A stretch of DNA of 64,000 nucleotides, from the NCBI GenBank assembly GCA_009842505.1, contig VYFG01000145.1:7151-71150 (forward strand). The letters run 5' to 3'. The notes under the pieces are model-generated. The model was not told the origin of the DNA. It saw only the letters and a list, made by a program, of their open reading frames with translations, and made no database searches. The stretch is from Gammaproteobacteria bacterium (lineage in GTDB: Bacteria; Pseudomonadota; Gammaproteobacteria; Arenicellales; Poriferihabitantaceae). The position numbers and the translations under genes are program-made. Shown piece after piece: positions 35,818 through 45,086 of this stretch (its first letter is position 1; every line of letters begins with the position of its first letter).

Positions 35818-36160
35818 CCATGGCGCCACTGGCGGATCGGTCCTGGCGCAGCTGGAGTCCGTGATCGCCCGCCGCAGGGGCCTTGATCCGGAGGAGTCCT
35901 ACGTGGCCAGCCTGTTGGACGGAGACGAGGACCGGCTCCTGAAGAAGATCGGCGAAGAGGCGACGGAGGTCATGCTGGCCGCAAAATCGGGTAACCGGGA
36001 GGAAATTGCCGAGGAGTCGGCCGACCTCCTGTTCCACCTCATGGTCGTGCTGGCGCGGTACGATCTCGGACTGGCGGAGGTGCGGGCGGTGCTGGAATCC
36101 CGTTCGGGCCGGTCCGGGCTGGCGGAAAAAAATTCTCGCACTCAGCCAGATTCCAGCTAG
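35804..36160 (+). CDS. hisE: Phosphoribosyl-ATP pyrophosphatase
   Basis: [20 protein letters not shown] and [14 protein letters not shown]. Overlaps the hisI end. Confidence 0.85.
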   Translation: MANPDHGATGGSVLAQLESVIARRRGLDPEESYVASLLDGDEDRLLKKIGEEATEVMLAAKSGNREEIAEESADLLFHLMVVLARYDLGLAEVRAVLESRSGRSGLAEKNSRTQPDSS

Positions 36161-36270
36161 AATGTACGGTTTCAATCAATCCTCCGGCGCCTCGGCCCGC
36201 CGGCGGTGGTGGTGGGGCGGCAGTCCCTGTCCGCGGACAACTTCACTCTCAACGCTATTGGAGAAAGAAC

Positions 36271-36525
36271 ATGGGTTTTGGCGGTATTAGTCCATTCCAG
36301 TTACTGATCATCCTGGTCATCGTGCTGCTGATCTTCGGCACCAAGAAACTGCGCGGCCTCGGCGGTGACCTCGGCGGAGCAATCAAGGGCTTCAAGAAGG
36401 CGATGAAGGAGGACGACTCCCAGGAAAAGCCGGAAGACCAGGAGCAGCTGGATGAAGCGCAAGACGGGGTCGCCGAGAAAGTCGCCGACACCGCGGAGGA
36501 CAAGACGGACGGAGAGAAATCCTGA
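36271..36525 (+). CDS. tatA: Twin-arginine translocase subunit TatA
   Basis: [31 protein letters not shown] followed by an amphipathic helix. Confidence 0.9.
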   Translation: MGFGGISPFQLLIILVIVLLIFGTKKLRGLGGDLGGAIKGFKKAMKEDDSQEKPEDQEQLDEAQDGVAEKVADTAEDKTDGEKS

Positions 36526-36554
36526 AAAGAGCATTGGGCTGACGCCTGACGGAC

Positions 36555-37061
36555 ATGTTTGATGTTGGCTTCTGGGAACTGACGATTATCGGCGTCGTGG
36601 CACTGATCATCGTCGGACCGGAGCGCCTGCCGGGACTTGCGCGGACGGCAGGCCTGTGGATCGGCAAGGCCCGCCGCATGGTCACCGACGTGAAGCGCGA
36701 CATCGACCGCGAACTCAAGGCCAGCGAGCTTTCGGGGCTCAAGGAAGGCCTCGACACTGCCCACAAGGAGGTGAACAAGGCGGCCGACACCATCAAGAAA
36801 GCCAGCGACGCCGAAGAACTCCGGTCCTCCGTCAAGGATGTCGAGGAGGAGGCCGCACCGCTGAAAGAAGAAATCCAGTCCGACATCGACGAGATCGACG
36901 AGATCGCCAAGCAGATGGAAAGTGAAATCGATGGCGCCGATGGCGGTTCCGGTGCCGGGCCGGACAAGGCGGACGGAACGGACGCCGGAAGTGAGCCGGC
37001 CGCGGCCGGAGAAACCGCTGCCGGGGAGAAGTCCCCGGAGGCGAAAACCCCGGTGGAGTAG
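36555..37061 (+). CDS. tatB: Twin-arginine translocase subunit TatB
   Basis: MFDVGFWELTIIGVVALIIVGPERLP with an acidic C-terminal tail. Confidence 0.88.
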   Translation: MFDVGFWELTIIGVVALIIVGPERLPGLARTAGLWIGKARRMVTDVKRDIDRELKASELSGLKEGLDTAHKEVNKAADTIKKASDAEELRSSVKDVEEEAAPLKEEIQSDIDEIDEIAKQMESEIDGADGGSGAGPDKADGTDAGSEPAAAGETAAGEKSPEAKTPVE

Positions 37062-37070
37062 GCCACTCCG

Positions 37071-37862
37071 GTGCGCAGGGACATTCCAACGGGCGAAGGC
37101 ACCCTGATCTCCCACCTGCTGGAGCTCAGGGACCGCCTGCTGCGCGCCATCCTGGCGGTGGTGGTCATCTTTGTCTGCCTGGTGCCCTTCGCCAACGATC
37201 TCTACGAGATCCTGGCGAAGCCGCTCATGTCGGCGCTGCCGGAAGGCAACAGCATGATCTCCACGGAGCCGCACGGGCCGTTCTTTGTGCCGTTCAAGTT
37301 CGCATTCGCCTGCGCATTCGCCATCGCGGTGCCCTATGTGCTGTACCAGATGTGGGCCTTTGTCGCCCCCGGGCTGTACCAGCACGAGAAGCGGATGGTG
37401 CTGCCGATCATCGTCTCCAGCAGCCTGCTGTTCTACCTCGGGATCGTGTTCGCCTACTTCGTGGTGTTCCCCATCATTTTCGCCTTCTTCGCCGGCAGTG
37501 CGCCGGAGGGGGTCCAGGTGATGACGGACATCAATGCCTACTTCAGTTTCGTGGTCAAGCTGTTCTTCGCATTCGGGGTGGCGTTCGAGGTGCCTGTGGC
37601 AACCATCATTTTCGTCAAACTGGGCATCACGACACCGGAAGACCTGGAGACGAAGCGTCCCTACATCATCATCATCGCGTTCGTGGTGGGGATGCTGATG
37701 ACGCCGCCGGACATCTTCTCCCAGACGCTGCTCGCGGTGCCCGTATGGCTGTTGTTTGAACTCGGCCTGTTCACCTCGCGATACATCGCGAGGAAGGATG
37801 CGGAAAAGGCAGCCAGGGAGGAGGCGGAACTGGCGGAGGAAGAGGAATTGCCGGATCCCTGA
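37071..37862 (+). CDS. tatC: Twin-arginine translocase subunit TatC
   Basis: LISHLLELRDRLLRAILAVV and six TM helices. GTG start. Confidence 0.9.
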   Translation: MRRDIPTGEGTLISHLLELRDRLLRAILAVVVIFVCLVPFANDLYEILAKPLMSALPEGNSMISTEPHGPFFVPFKFAFACAFAIAVPYVLYQMWAFVAPGLYQHEKRMVLPIIVSSSLLFYLGIVFAYFVVFPIIFAFFAGSAPEGVQVMTDINAYFSFVVKLFFAFGVAFEVPVATIIFVKLGITTPEDLETKRPYIIIIAFVVGMLMTPPDIFSQTLLAVPVWLLFELGLFTSRYIARKDAEKAAREEAELAEEEELPDP

Positions 37863-37962
37863 CCCGGACGCTTTCCGGGCGGCGGCACCCTGACCGGTAC
37901 CACACACCAGTCGCCCTTCCCGTGCGTTCGGCATGACCGCCCCGGTGCACGGTCGGGAGGAC

Positions 37963-38532
37963 TCAGTGCAGTGTGAGCCGGCGCTGCAGCATGGACAGGG
38001 CCACGCCATAGGCGGGCAGGAAGAAGAGGATGGATACCACGATCTTGAAGACCAGGTCCACGGTGGCCACCTCGGGCCAGTTCGTCGCCATGAACGGGTC
38101 CCGGGACTGGACGAATGCGGCGGAGTAGAACACGTAGGTGTCGATGATATTGGCGAAGAACGTCGAAATGGCCGGTGCTACCCACCAGGCCCTGGAGCGC
38201 TCCCGGACTTTCTGGAACACCGTGATGTCCACCAGTTGCCCGACCAGGTACGCGGTGCCGCTTGCAAGCCCGATACGCCAGTCGGCCAGCCAGGCGCTGA
38301 TGAGGATGGCGGGAACGTAGGCATATCCGACAATGCGGCGGGCCAGGTGCTGGTTTGACAGCCTGACCGTCAGGTCCGTGGCCAGGATGACCACGGGGAA
38401 CACGAACATCGCCCAGGTGAAATGGTAGCCGAGAAAGGTGCCGGTGAACTGGACCGTGTAATTGGCAAGCGCGATGATCGCGACGTGAAACAGCGCCAGT
38501 CTGACGGCAAGGGTGTTGCTGGTTCGTTCCAA
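37963..38532 (-). CDS. yhhQ: YhhQ/VUT-family queuosine precursor transporter
   Basis: ANYTVQF...LGYHFTWAMFVFPVVILATDLTVR, RAWWVAPAISTFFANIIDT and FFLPAYG align by eye with E. coli YhhQ. The start is uncertain: I use the TTG at 38532, while the track's start at 38850 adds an implausible 100-aa extension. Confidence 0.75.
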   Translation of the reverse strand: MERTSNTLAVRLALFHVAIIALANYTVQFTGTFLGYHFTWAMFVFPVVILATDLTVRLSNQHLARRIVGYAYVPAILISAWLADWRIGLASGTAYLVGQLVDITVFQKVRERSRAWWVAPAISTFFANIIDTYVFYSAAFVQSRDPFMATNWPEVATVDLVFKIVVSILFFLPAYGVALSMLQRRLTLH

Positions 38533-38865
38533 GGTTCCAGGTCGGGTTTGGCGGGCGCGGATTGTATCCCCCGTGCAGACCGGGGTCCAGCGAAAGGGGC
38601 GCCGGCCGGATGCCGTGCACCGCGATTCCCGGTCGCTGCCGGTCGGGCCGAAGTGTTGTGACGGGTTGAAAAACGGCGTATCGGCAGGCATGTTAATGAA
38701 ACCCGACCGCAGGAGGAACTTGTTCATGGACGCACTCATTGATCCAGAATTTGTCGCACGCAGGCCGTTTTTCGCGATGCGGGATTGCATAGAATAGGCG
38801 ACTGCTGCGGCTTGCCGGACTGCCCGGTGTACCGTTGTACTGATCAACACACATCCACCCCGCCA

Positions 38866-39567
38866 ATGTCAGAAGAAACCTACGAAGACGATATCGATCT
38901 TGCCAGCCTTCCGGATGACGAACTGGTAGAGCAGATGCACGACGACCTCTACGACGGTCTGCGGGAGGAGATCATCGAAGGCACGAACATCCTGCTGGAA
39001 CGCGGCTGGGCGGCCACCAGGGTCCTGGACGAGGCACTGGTGGAGGGCATGCGTATCGTCGGCATTGATTTCCGGGACGGAATCCTGTTCGTGCCGGAAG
39101 TGCTGATGTCGGCCAACGCCATGAAAGGAGGGATGGAGGTGCTGCGGCCGTTGCTCGCGGAGACCGGCGCCAAGCCGATCGGCAAGATGGTGGTTGGCAC
39201 CGTGAAAGGCGATATCCATGACATCGGCAAGAACCTGGTGGCGATGATGATGGAAGGGGCGGGCTTCGAAGTCATTGATCTTGGCATAGACAACCCGGTG
39301 GAGAACTACCTGGAAGCGATCGAGAAACATCAACCGGATATTCTCGGCATGTCCGCACTGCTGACCACCACCATGCCCTACATGAAGGTGGTGATTGACA
39401 CGCTGGTCGAAAAGGGTATTCGGGATGACTACATCGTGCTGGTCGGCGGCGCGCCCCTGAACGAGGAATTCGGCAAGGCCGTGGGTGCGGATGCGTATTG
39501 CCGGGATGCCGCCGTGGCGGTTGAAACCGCACAGGCGCTGGTGGCCCAGCGCCGTGCCGCGGCCTGA
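38866..39567 (+). CDS. Cobalamin-binding corrinoid protein (methyltransferase cognate)
   Basis: B12-binding DxHxxG motif (GDIHDIGKN), SALLTTT and GGAP, with an N-terminal helical cap domain. Start at the ATG at 38866 (MSEETYED). Confidence 0.85.
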   Translation: MSEETYEDDIDLASLPDDELVEQMHDDLYDGLREEIIEGTNILLERGWAATRVLDEALVEGMRIVGIDFRDGILFVPEVLMSANAMKGGMEVLRPLLAETGAKPIGKMVVGTVKGDIHDIGKNLVAMMMEGAGFEVIDLGIDNPVENYLEAIEKHQPDILGMSALLTTTMPYMKVVIDTLVEKGIRDDYIVLVGGAPLNEEFGKAVGADAYCRDAAVAVETAQALVAQRRAAA

Positions 39568-39595
39568 TTGACGGCCGCAGGAGACTGATGGCGAC

Positions 39596-40201
39596 GTGGA
39601 GAGGGTTCTCGTCATTGCATGCGGCGCACTTGCGCATGATCTGGTCAGGATCCGGGACGCAAGCGGTTGGGAGCACATGGATTTCCAGTGCCTGCCCGCC
39701 GAACTGCACAATCGCCCGGAACGGATCACGCAGGCGGTAAGGGAGAAGATCCGCGAGGCGCGGGCGCAGTACCGGGAAATTTTCGTGGCCTATTCCGACT
39801 GCGGTACCGGGGGCGAACTGGACCGGATGCTTGCGGAAGAGGATATTGAACGTTTGCCGGGCGCCCACTGCTACGAGATGTTCGCCGGCAGCCGGATCTT
39901 CGGTGAACTGCAGGAAGCGGAACTGGGGACGTTCTACCTGACGGATTTCCTGGCGCGCCACTTCGAGCGCGTGATGGTCAGGGGATTGGGGCTGGACAGG
40001 CACCCGGAGCTGAAGGACGTCTATTTCGGCAATTACCGCAAGCTGGTGCTCCTGGCCCAGCTGGATGATCCAGATATCGAGAAACGTGCCCGGGACGCCG
40101 CGGAATATCTCGGCCTGGCCTTTGAAAGGGTCATGACCGGAGACAGTGGGCTTGGCAGTGCGCTGCGGGTGCGGGTCGCAATGGCGGGACAGTCCGCCTG
40201 A
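39596..40201 (+). CDS. DUF1638-domain protein (accessory protein of corrinoid methyltransferase clusters)
   Basis: VLVIACGALAHDL...FVAYSDCGTGGELD...PGAHCYEMF resembles DUF1638. GTG start. Confidence 0.6.
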   Translation: MERVLVIACGALAHDLVRIRDASGWEHMDFQCLPAELHNRPERITQAVREKIREARAQYREIFVAYSDCGTGGELDRMLAEEDIERLPGAHCYEMFAGSRIFGELQEAELGTFYLTDFLARHFERVMVRGLGLDRHPELKDVYFGNYRKLVLLAQLDDPDIEKRARDAAEYLGLAFERVMTGDSGLGSALRVRVAMAGQSA

Positions 40202-40266
40202 TTCCCGGATCCATAGCCGACCGACCCGGAAAACATTTCTGGCGGCCTTGTTGCAGGAGCTGTTCG

Positions 40267-40569
40267 ATGGCAAATCTGATTACGGTGTACTGGCGCGATA
40301 TTCCCGCCCAGGTGATGGCGAGGGAACGGCGCACGAGCGCCAAGGTGGAACTGAGCGGTCGCTTTTCCGAGGCGATCGACCATGCCGCCATGCGGGCGGG
40401 CATGGTGGGCACGGACGCCTACCTGGAGCAGTGGAGGCGCGTCAGCGAACCCTGCGGCGATGATCTCGAGACCATTGCCCGGGAAGCGGCTCAACATCTG
40501 GAAGCGGAATACGACAGGGACCGCCTCCTGGCGCTGATCCGAAACGAGGGCAGGGAGCCGGCCGCCTGA
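40267..40569 (+). CDS. Small conserved protein of corrinoid methyltransferase clusters (virulence-factor-family-like, 100 aa)
   Basis: ITVYWRDIPAQVMA...VELSGRFSEAIDHAAM. Assignment rests on context plus recalled family resemblance only. Confidence 0.4.
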   Translation: MANLITVYWRDIPAQVMARERRTSAKVELSGRFSEAIDHAAMRAGMVGTDAYLEQWRRVSEPCGDDLETIAREAAQHLEAEYDRDRLLALIRNEGREPAA

Positions 40570-40613
40570 CTGGAGCCGACCCGGGCCGAACAAATGCAAC
40601 CATACAGTTATCC

Positions 40614-41519
40614 ATGACAGAGACCGTTATCAGTTCAGCCACCAGCGAGGTCAAGATCGGTTTTGACCGGCCCTTCGTGATCATCGGTGAGAGGATCAAT
40701 CCCACGGGCCGCAAGATCCTGGCCGAGGAAATGAAGAACGGGGACTACAGCAGGGTGGAGACGGATGCCCTCTCCCAGGTGGCCGCAGGGGCCTCCGTGC
40801 TGGATGTGAACGCCGGCATTCCCCTGGCGGATGAACCGAGAATTCTTGCGGAAGCGATCCAGCTGGTGCAGTCCATTACCGCGGTACCCCTGTCCATCGA
40901 TTCTTCCATCGTCGCCGCCCTGGAAGCCGGGCTCGAGGTATACCAGGGCAAGCCCCTCCTCAATTCGGTGACCGGCGAAGACGATCGGCTGGAGGCCGTC
41001 CTGCCCCTGGTCAGGAAATACGGCTGCGCCGTGGTGGCCATATCCAACGATGAAGCCGGCATTTCAGAGAACCCGGATGAGCGCTTTGACGTGGCGAAGA
41101 AGATCGTCGAGCGCGCGGCGGACCATGGCATTCACTACAGTGACATCGTGGTCGATCCGCTGGTCATGCCCGTGGGTGCGGTCAACAGCGCCGGCAGGCA
41201 GGTTGTTCACCTGGTCAAGCGGCTGCGGGAGGAACTCCGGGTGAATACCACCTGCGGCGCGTCCAATTTCAGTTTCGGCATTCCGAACCGCAAGGGCATG
41301 GACGCGCATTTTCTCAGCATGGCCATCGGCGCGGGCATGACCTCGGCGATCACCAATCCACTGCATGAAGAGGTCATGCAGGGCATCATGGCGGCCAACG
41401 TGGTCATGGGTCACGACAACAACTGCTCCAGGTGGCTGAAAAGATTCCGCCAGCCTGTTCCGGAGGGGGATTCGCCTGCGGAAGGCCGTGGTGGCCGGCG
41501 GCGGAGACGCCGCGCCTGA
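40614..41519 (+). CDS. Methyltetrahydrofolate:corrinoid methyltransferase (pterin-binding domain protein)
   Basis: FVIIGERINPTGRKILAEEMKNGDY, LDVNAG, LNSV and a TIM-barrel pterin-binding pattern similar to the MetH/AcsE/MtrH family. Confidence 0.8.
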   Translation: MTETVISSATSEVKIGFDRPFVIIGERINPTGRKILAEEMKNGDYSRVETDALSQVAAGASVLDVNAGIPLADEPRILAEAIQLVQSITAVPLSIDSSIVAALEAGLEVYQGKPLLNSVTGEDDRLEAVLPLVRKYGCAVVAISNDEAGISENPDERFDVAKKIVERAADHGIHYSDIVVDPLVMPVGAVNSAGRQVVHLVKRLREELRVNTTCGASNFSFGIPNRKGMDAHFLSMAIGAGMTSAITNPLHEEVMQGIMAANVVMGHDNNCSRWLKRFRQPVPEGDSPAEGRGGRRRRRRA

Positions 41520-41868
41520 GGGTGGCGGCACGCTGACCGGGACGGGCCTGCACGGCGGTGTGCACTGCCGCGGTCGCGATCCATGCCGCGTCACCTGCGA
41601 CCAATGCGGCCGCCCGGCAGGGTACCGGGCTTCTGAACAGTGATGCGCTGATCTGGTACGATTCCCCGTTGGTGACCAGGCGGTGGTTCGTCAGCCGTTG
41701 GGGCTGGATCCATTTCCGGCGGGGCCGGTAACGGCGCACGATCAGCACGATGGCGGACAGACTGAACGAACATGCGGGCTTCGCCGTCGTCGGGAACGCT
41801 TTTTCGGGGATCCGGGCGCCTGCCGCACCGTGCCCGCGTCCACATGCTGACTCCGGGGAATCCAGAGG

Positions 41869-43887
41869 ATGAACGACAGCCAGTCCGTACAGGTCGTGTT
41901 TACCCCTTCCGGCAAGCGGGGCAAGATTCCCCGTGGAAAGTCGGTGCTGGATGCGGCAAGAATGCTGGGCGTCGACCTCGATACGGTCTGTGGCGGCCGC
42001 GGAATCTGCGACCGTTGCCAGATCGACCTGAGTATCGGTGAGTTCGCCAAGTTCGGCATCCATTCCCTCGCCGAGCACCTTAGCCCCCACTCCTCCAGTG
42101 AACTGGAGTTCTTCAAGTCCGGAACCCCGCCGACCCGGCGCCTCGGCTGCCAGGCCCTGCTTAAGGGCGATGTCGTGGTCGATGTGCCCCCGGAGAGCCA
42201 GGCCCACCGCCAGGTGGTGCGCAAACGCGCCGAAGTGCACAGCATCAACCTGAATCCGGCGGTCAAGCTCCACTATGTCGAAGTGCCCGAGCCGAACATG
42301 CACGAACCCAGTGGCGACCTGCAGAGGCTTGAGGACGCACTGGAGTTCGAATGGGGACTGACGGGACTCACCTGTGACGCCCAGATACTCGGGAAACTGC
42401 AGGTGACCCTGAGGGAAGGCGCGTGGTGTGTCACTGCAGCGGTACACCACGGCAACCGGATTGTCGGCCTGTGGCCCGGACTGAAGGACCGCATATTCGG
42501 CATTGCCGTGGACGTCGGATCCACCACCATCGCCGCCCATCTGTGCGATCTCACCACGGGGCAGGTCACGGCCTCGGCGGGCCGGATGAATCCCCAGATC
42601 CGCTTCGGCGAGGATCTCATGAGCCGGGTGTCCTACGCCATGATGAATCCGGGCGGAGAAAGGGACATGACCCGGGCAGTCCGCGAGGCGCTCCAGGAAC
42701 TGGTGGAGGAGCTGGCCGGGCAAGAGGGGGTGGAGATGCCCGATATCGTGGACATGACCCTGGTGGGCAACCCGGTGATGCATCACCTGCTGCTCGGCAT
42801 CAGTCCGGTGGAACTGGGCGGTGCGCCCTTTGCCCTGGCCACGGACCAGGCCCTGGATGCCCGCGCCTCGGAGATTGATCTCGACATCAACCCGAGTGCC
42901 CGCGTCTACGTGCTGCCCTGCATCGCCGGGCATGTCGGCGCCGATGCGGCCGCGGTCGTCCTTTCGGAGGCGCCGTACGAGCGCAGCGAAATGACCCTGG
43001 TGGTGGATGTGGGTACCAATGCCGAGATCGTTCTCGGCAATCACCGCCGCATGGTGGCGGCATCCAGTCCGACCGGCCCGGCGTTCGAGGGCGCCCAGAT
43101 CAGCGGCGGGCAACGCGCTGCGCCCGGCGCCATTGAGCGGGTACGTATCGACCGGAACACCCTGGAGCCGAGGTTCCGGGTCATCGGCTCGGAAGCCTGG
43201 TCCGACGAGCCGGGTTTCGCCGATGCCGTCGGGAGCGGGGGTGTCACGGGTATCTGCGGCTCCGGCATCATCGAGGTGATCGCGGAAATGTACCTGGCCG
43301 GGATCATCCGCCCGGATGGCATTATCCGCGGGGAGCTGGCACGGCAGAGCCGGCGCATCGTGCCCCAGGAAAAGACGTTCAGCTACGTGCTGCATGACCA
43401 GGGCGACCTGCGGATCGTGATCACCCAGAACGATGTCCGCGCCATCCAGCTCGCCAAGGCGGCGCTCCACGCGGGCTGTGCATTGCTGATGGACAAGCTT
43501 GGCACTGGACAGATCGAACGCATCCGGCTGGCCGGCGCCTTCGGTTCGCATATCGATACGAAGTACGCCATGGTGCTCGGGATGATTCCCGACTGCCCCT
43601 TGGAACATGTCAGTTCCGCAGGCAATGCCGCGGGAACGGGTGCCACCATCGCATTGCTCGATATCGACGCCAGAACCGAGATCGAGGATGTGGTGCGACG
43701 GATCCAGAAAGTGGAAACCGCCGTGGAGCCGAAATTCCAGGAGCACTTCATCGACGCTTTGGCCATCCCGCACAAGACGGCCCCGTTCCACAACCTGGCG
43801 CTGGCGGTGGAAATGCCGTCACCGGAAACCGCGGGAACCGAAGGCGGCGGACTGTCAAGGAAGCGCCGGCGCCGGCGCAACGCCTGA
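41869..43887 (+). CDS. Corrinoid reductive activase (RACE-type: N-terminal 2Fe-2S ferredoxin plus ASKHA ATPase domain)
   Basis: N-terminal CGGRGICDRCQI...LGCQA ferredoxin motif, followed by DVGSTTIAAHL and DVGTNAEIV ASKHA phosphate-binding motifs. Confidence 0.8.
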   Translation: MNDSQSVQVVFTPSGKRGKIPRGKSVLDAARMLGVDLDTVCGGRGICDRCQIDLSIGEFAKFGIHSLAEHLSPHSSSELEFFKSGTPPTRRLGCQALLKGDVVVDVPPESQAHRQVVRKRAEVHSINLNPAVKLHYVEVPEPNMHEPSGDLQRLEDALEFEWGLTGLTCDAQILGKLQVTLREGAWCVTAAVHHGNRIVGLWPGLKDRIFGIAVDVGSTTIAAHLCDLTTGQVTASAGRMNPQIRFGEDLMSRVSYAMMNPGGERDMTRAVREALQELVEELAGQEGVEMPDIVDMTLVGNPVMHHLLLGISPVELGGAPFALATDQALDARASEIDLDINPSARVYVLPCIAGHVGADAAAVVLSEAPYERSEMTLVVDVGTNAEIVLGNHRRMVAASSPTGPAFEGAQISGGQRAAPGAIERVRIDRNTLEPRFRVIGSEAWSDEPGFADAVGSGGVTGICGSGIIEVIAEMYLAGIIRPDGIIRGELARQSRRIVPQEKTFSYVLHDQGDLRIVITQNDVRAIQLAKAALHAGCALLMDKLGTGQIERIRLAGAFGSHIDTKYAMVLGMIPDCPLEHVSSAGNAAGTGATIALLDIDARTEIEDVVRRIQKVETAVEPKFQEHFIDALAIPHKTAPFHNLALAVEMPSPETAGTEGGGLSRKRRRRRNA

Positions 43888-43945
43888 CCGCGAAGCGGAA
43901 CTCCCGACAGCTTCGGGCGCCGGATGGCGCGGGTGACCCGGTCCT

Positions 43946-44938
43946 TCAGGAGGCAGTCGCCATCTGCTTGTGGGCTCTTCGCTCCTCCCGTGGCGGAATG
44001 CCGAAGAACTCCCGGTAGCACTTGCTGAAGTGCGGTGTGGACACAAAGCCGCTGGCATAGGCGATGTCCACGATGGGCATGCTGGTCTGCAGCAGGAGCT
44101 GGCGCGCGTGCATCAGCCTGAGGCGCATGTAGTAGCGGGTGGGCACGCAATGGAGGTACTTCTGGAACAGCCGCTCAAGCTGGCGTCTTGACAGCCCCAC
44201 ATGGAAAGCGATTTCGTCCAGGCTGATCAGCTCCTCCAGGTTGGCCTCCATGAAGGCCACGGCGTCCGCCAGCTTCGGCTGGCTGGCGCCCAGCTGCAGT
44301 CTCAACGGAAGACGCTGGCGATCGTTTTGTCCACGGATGCGCTCCACGAGGAATTCCTCCGCGATCTGGGTCGCCAGGTCCCAGCCATGTTTCTGTGCGA
44401 CCAGATACACCATCATGTCCATCGCGGCACTGCCACCGGCGCAGGTGTAGCGGTCGTTGTCGACCTCGAAGAGATCGGGGCTGATGATCAGTTGGGGGAA
44501 CTCTTCCCGCAGCCCTGCCATGTTCTCCCAGTGAATGGTGCACCGGTAACCGTCCAGTAACCCGGCATGGGCAACCAGGTAGGTGCCGGTGCAGATCGCG
44601 CCGATGGCGACCTTACGTGCGGCCTGTTCACGCAGCCAGGTATTGCGGTTGCGGTTGGTTTTCTGTTCGATGTGAACGCCGCCGCAAACGAATACCGCAT
44701 CAAGCCTGCCGGCATCGCTGATGGCGGCGGTTTCCATGGCGAGGTGATTGCTGGCAGTGACAGTGCCTCCCTCATCCCCCAGTATCACCCATTCATACAA
44801 CGGCTTCCCGGTAAGGCGGTTGGCCATTCGCAATTGGTCGATGGCGGCGGCGAAAGCCATCATCGAATATTCCGGAATGACGAGGAAGCCGTAGCGGGTC
44901 GTATGGTATGTGCCGGTGATTTGGACCGTTTCCGCCAA
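43946..44938 (-). CDS. GlxA-family (DJ-1/PfpI amidase-like domain plus AraC HTH) transcriptional regulator, GbdR/CdhR-like
   Basis: N-terminal AICTGTYLVAHAGLLDG (DJ-1-like). C-terminal AraC-type HTH (FHVGLSRRQLERLF...YASGFVSTPHFSKCYREFFG). Confidence 0.8.
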   Translation of the reverse strand: MAETVQITGTYHTTRYGFLVIPEYSMMAFAAAIDQLRMANRLTGKPLYEWVILGDEGGTVTASNHLAMETAAISDAGRLDAVFVCGGVHIEQKTNRNRNTWLREQAARKVAIGAICTGTYLVAHAGLLDGYRCTIHWENMAGLREEFPQLIISPDLFEVDNDRYTCAGGSAAMDMMVYLVAQKHGWDLATQIAEEFLVERIRGQNDRQRLPLRLQLGASQPKLADAVAFMEANLEELISLDEIAFHVGLSRRQLERLFQKYLHCVPTRYYMRLRLMHARQLLLQTSMPIVDIAYASGFVSTPHFSKCYREFFGIPPREERRAHKQMATAS

Positions 44939-45086
44939 TGCAGGACGCCATCTTGCCTAACCCGGCGATTATCCAATAGCAGCCGGGGTGGCGCAATCGG
45001 TTATAAGCGGGTCGTGCTGTGCTCTGGCGCGAGTTCCGGCCTGGGCCCATACTTGATAGGATTTCCCGACAATCCCCAGTGTCCTG

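Noticed and set aside
38533-38760. Possible preQ1 riboswitch in the yhhQ leader
   Set aside because: YhhQ genes are sometimes riboswitch-controlled, and the leader shows one long-range pairing (CGGTCGGG...CCCGACCG). I could not find the conserved preQ1-I/II core sequences. The true start codon is also uncertain.
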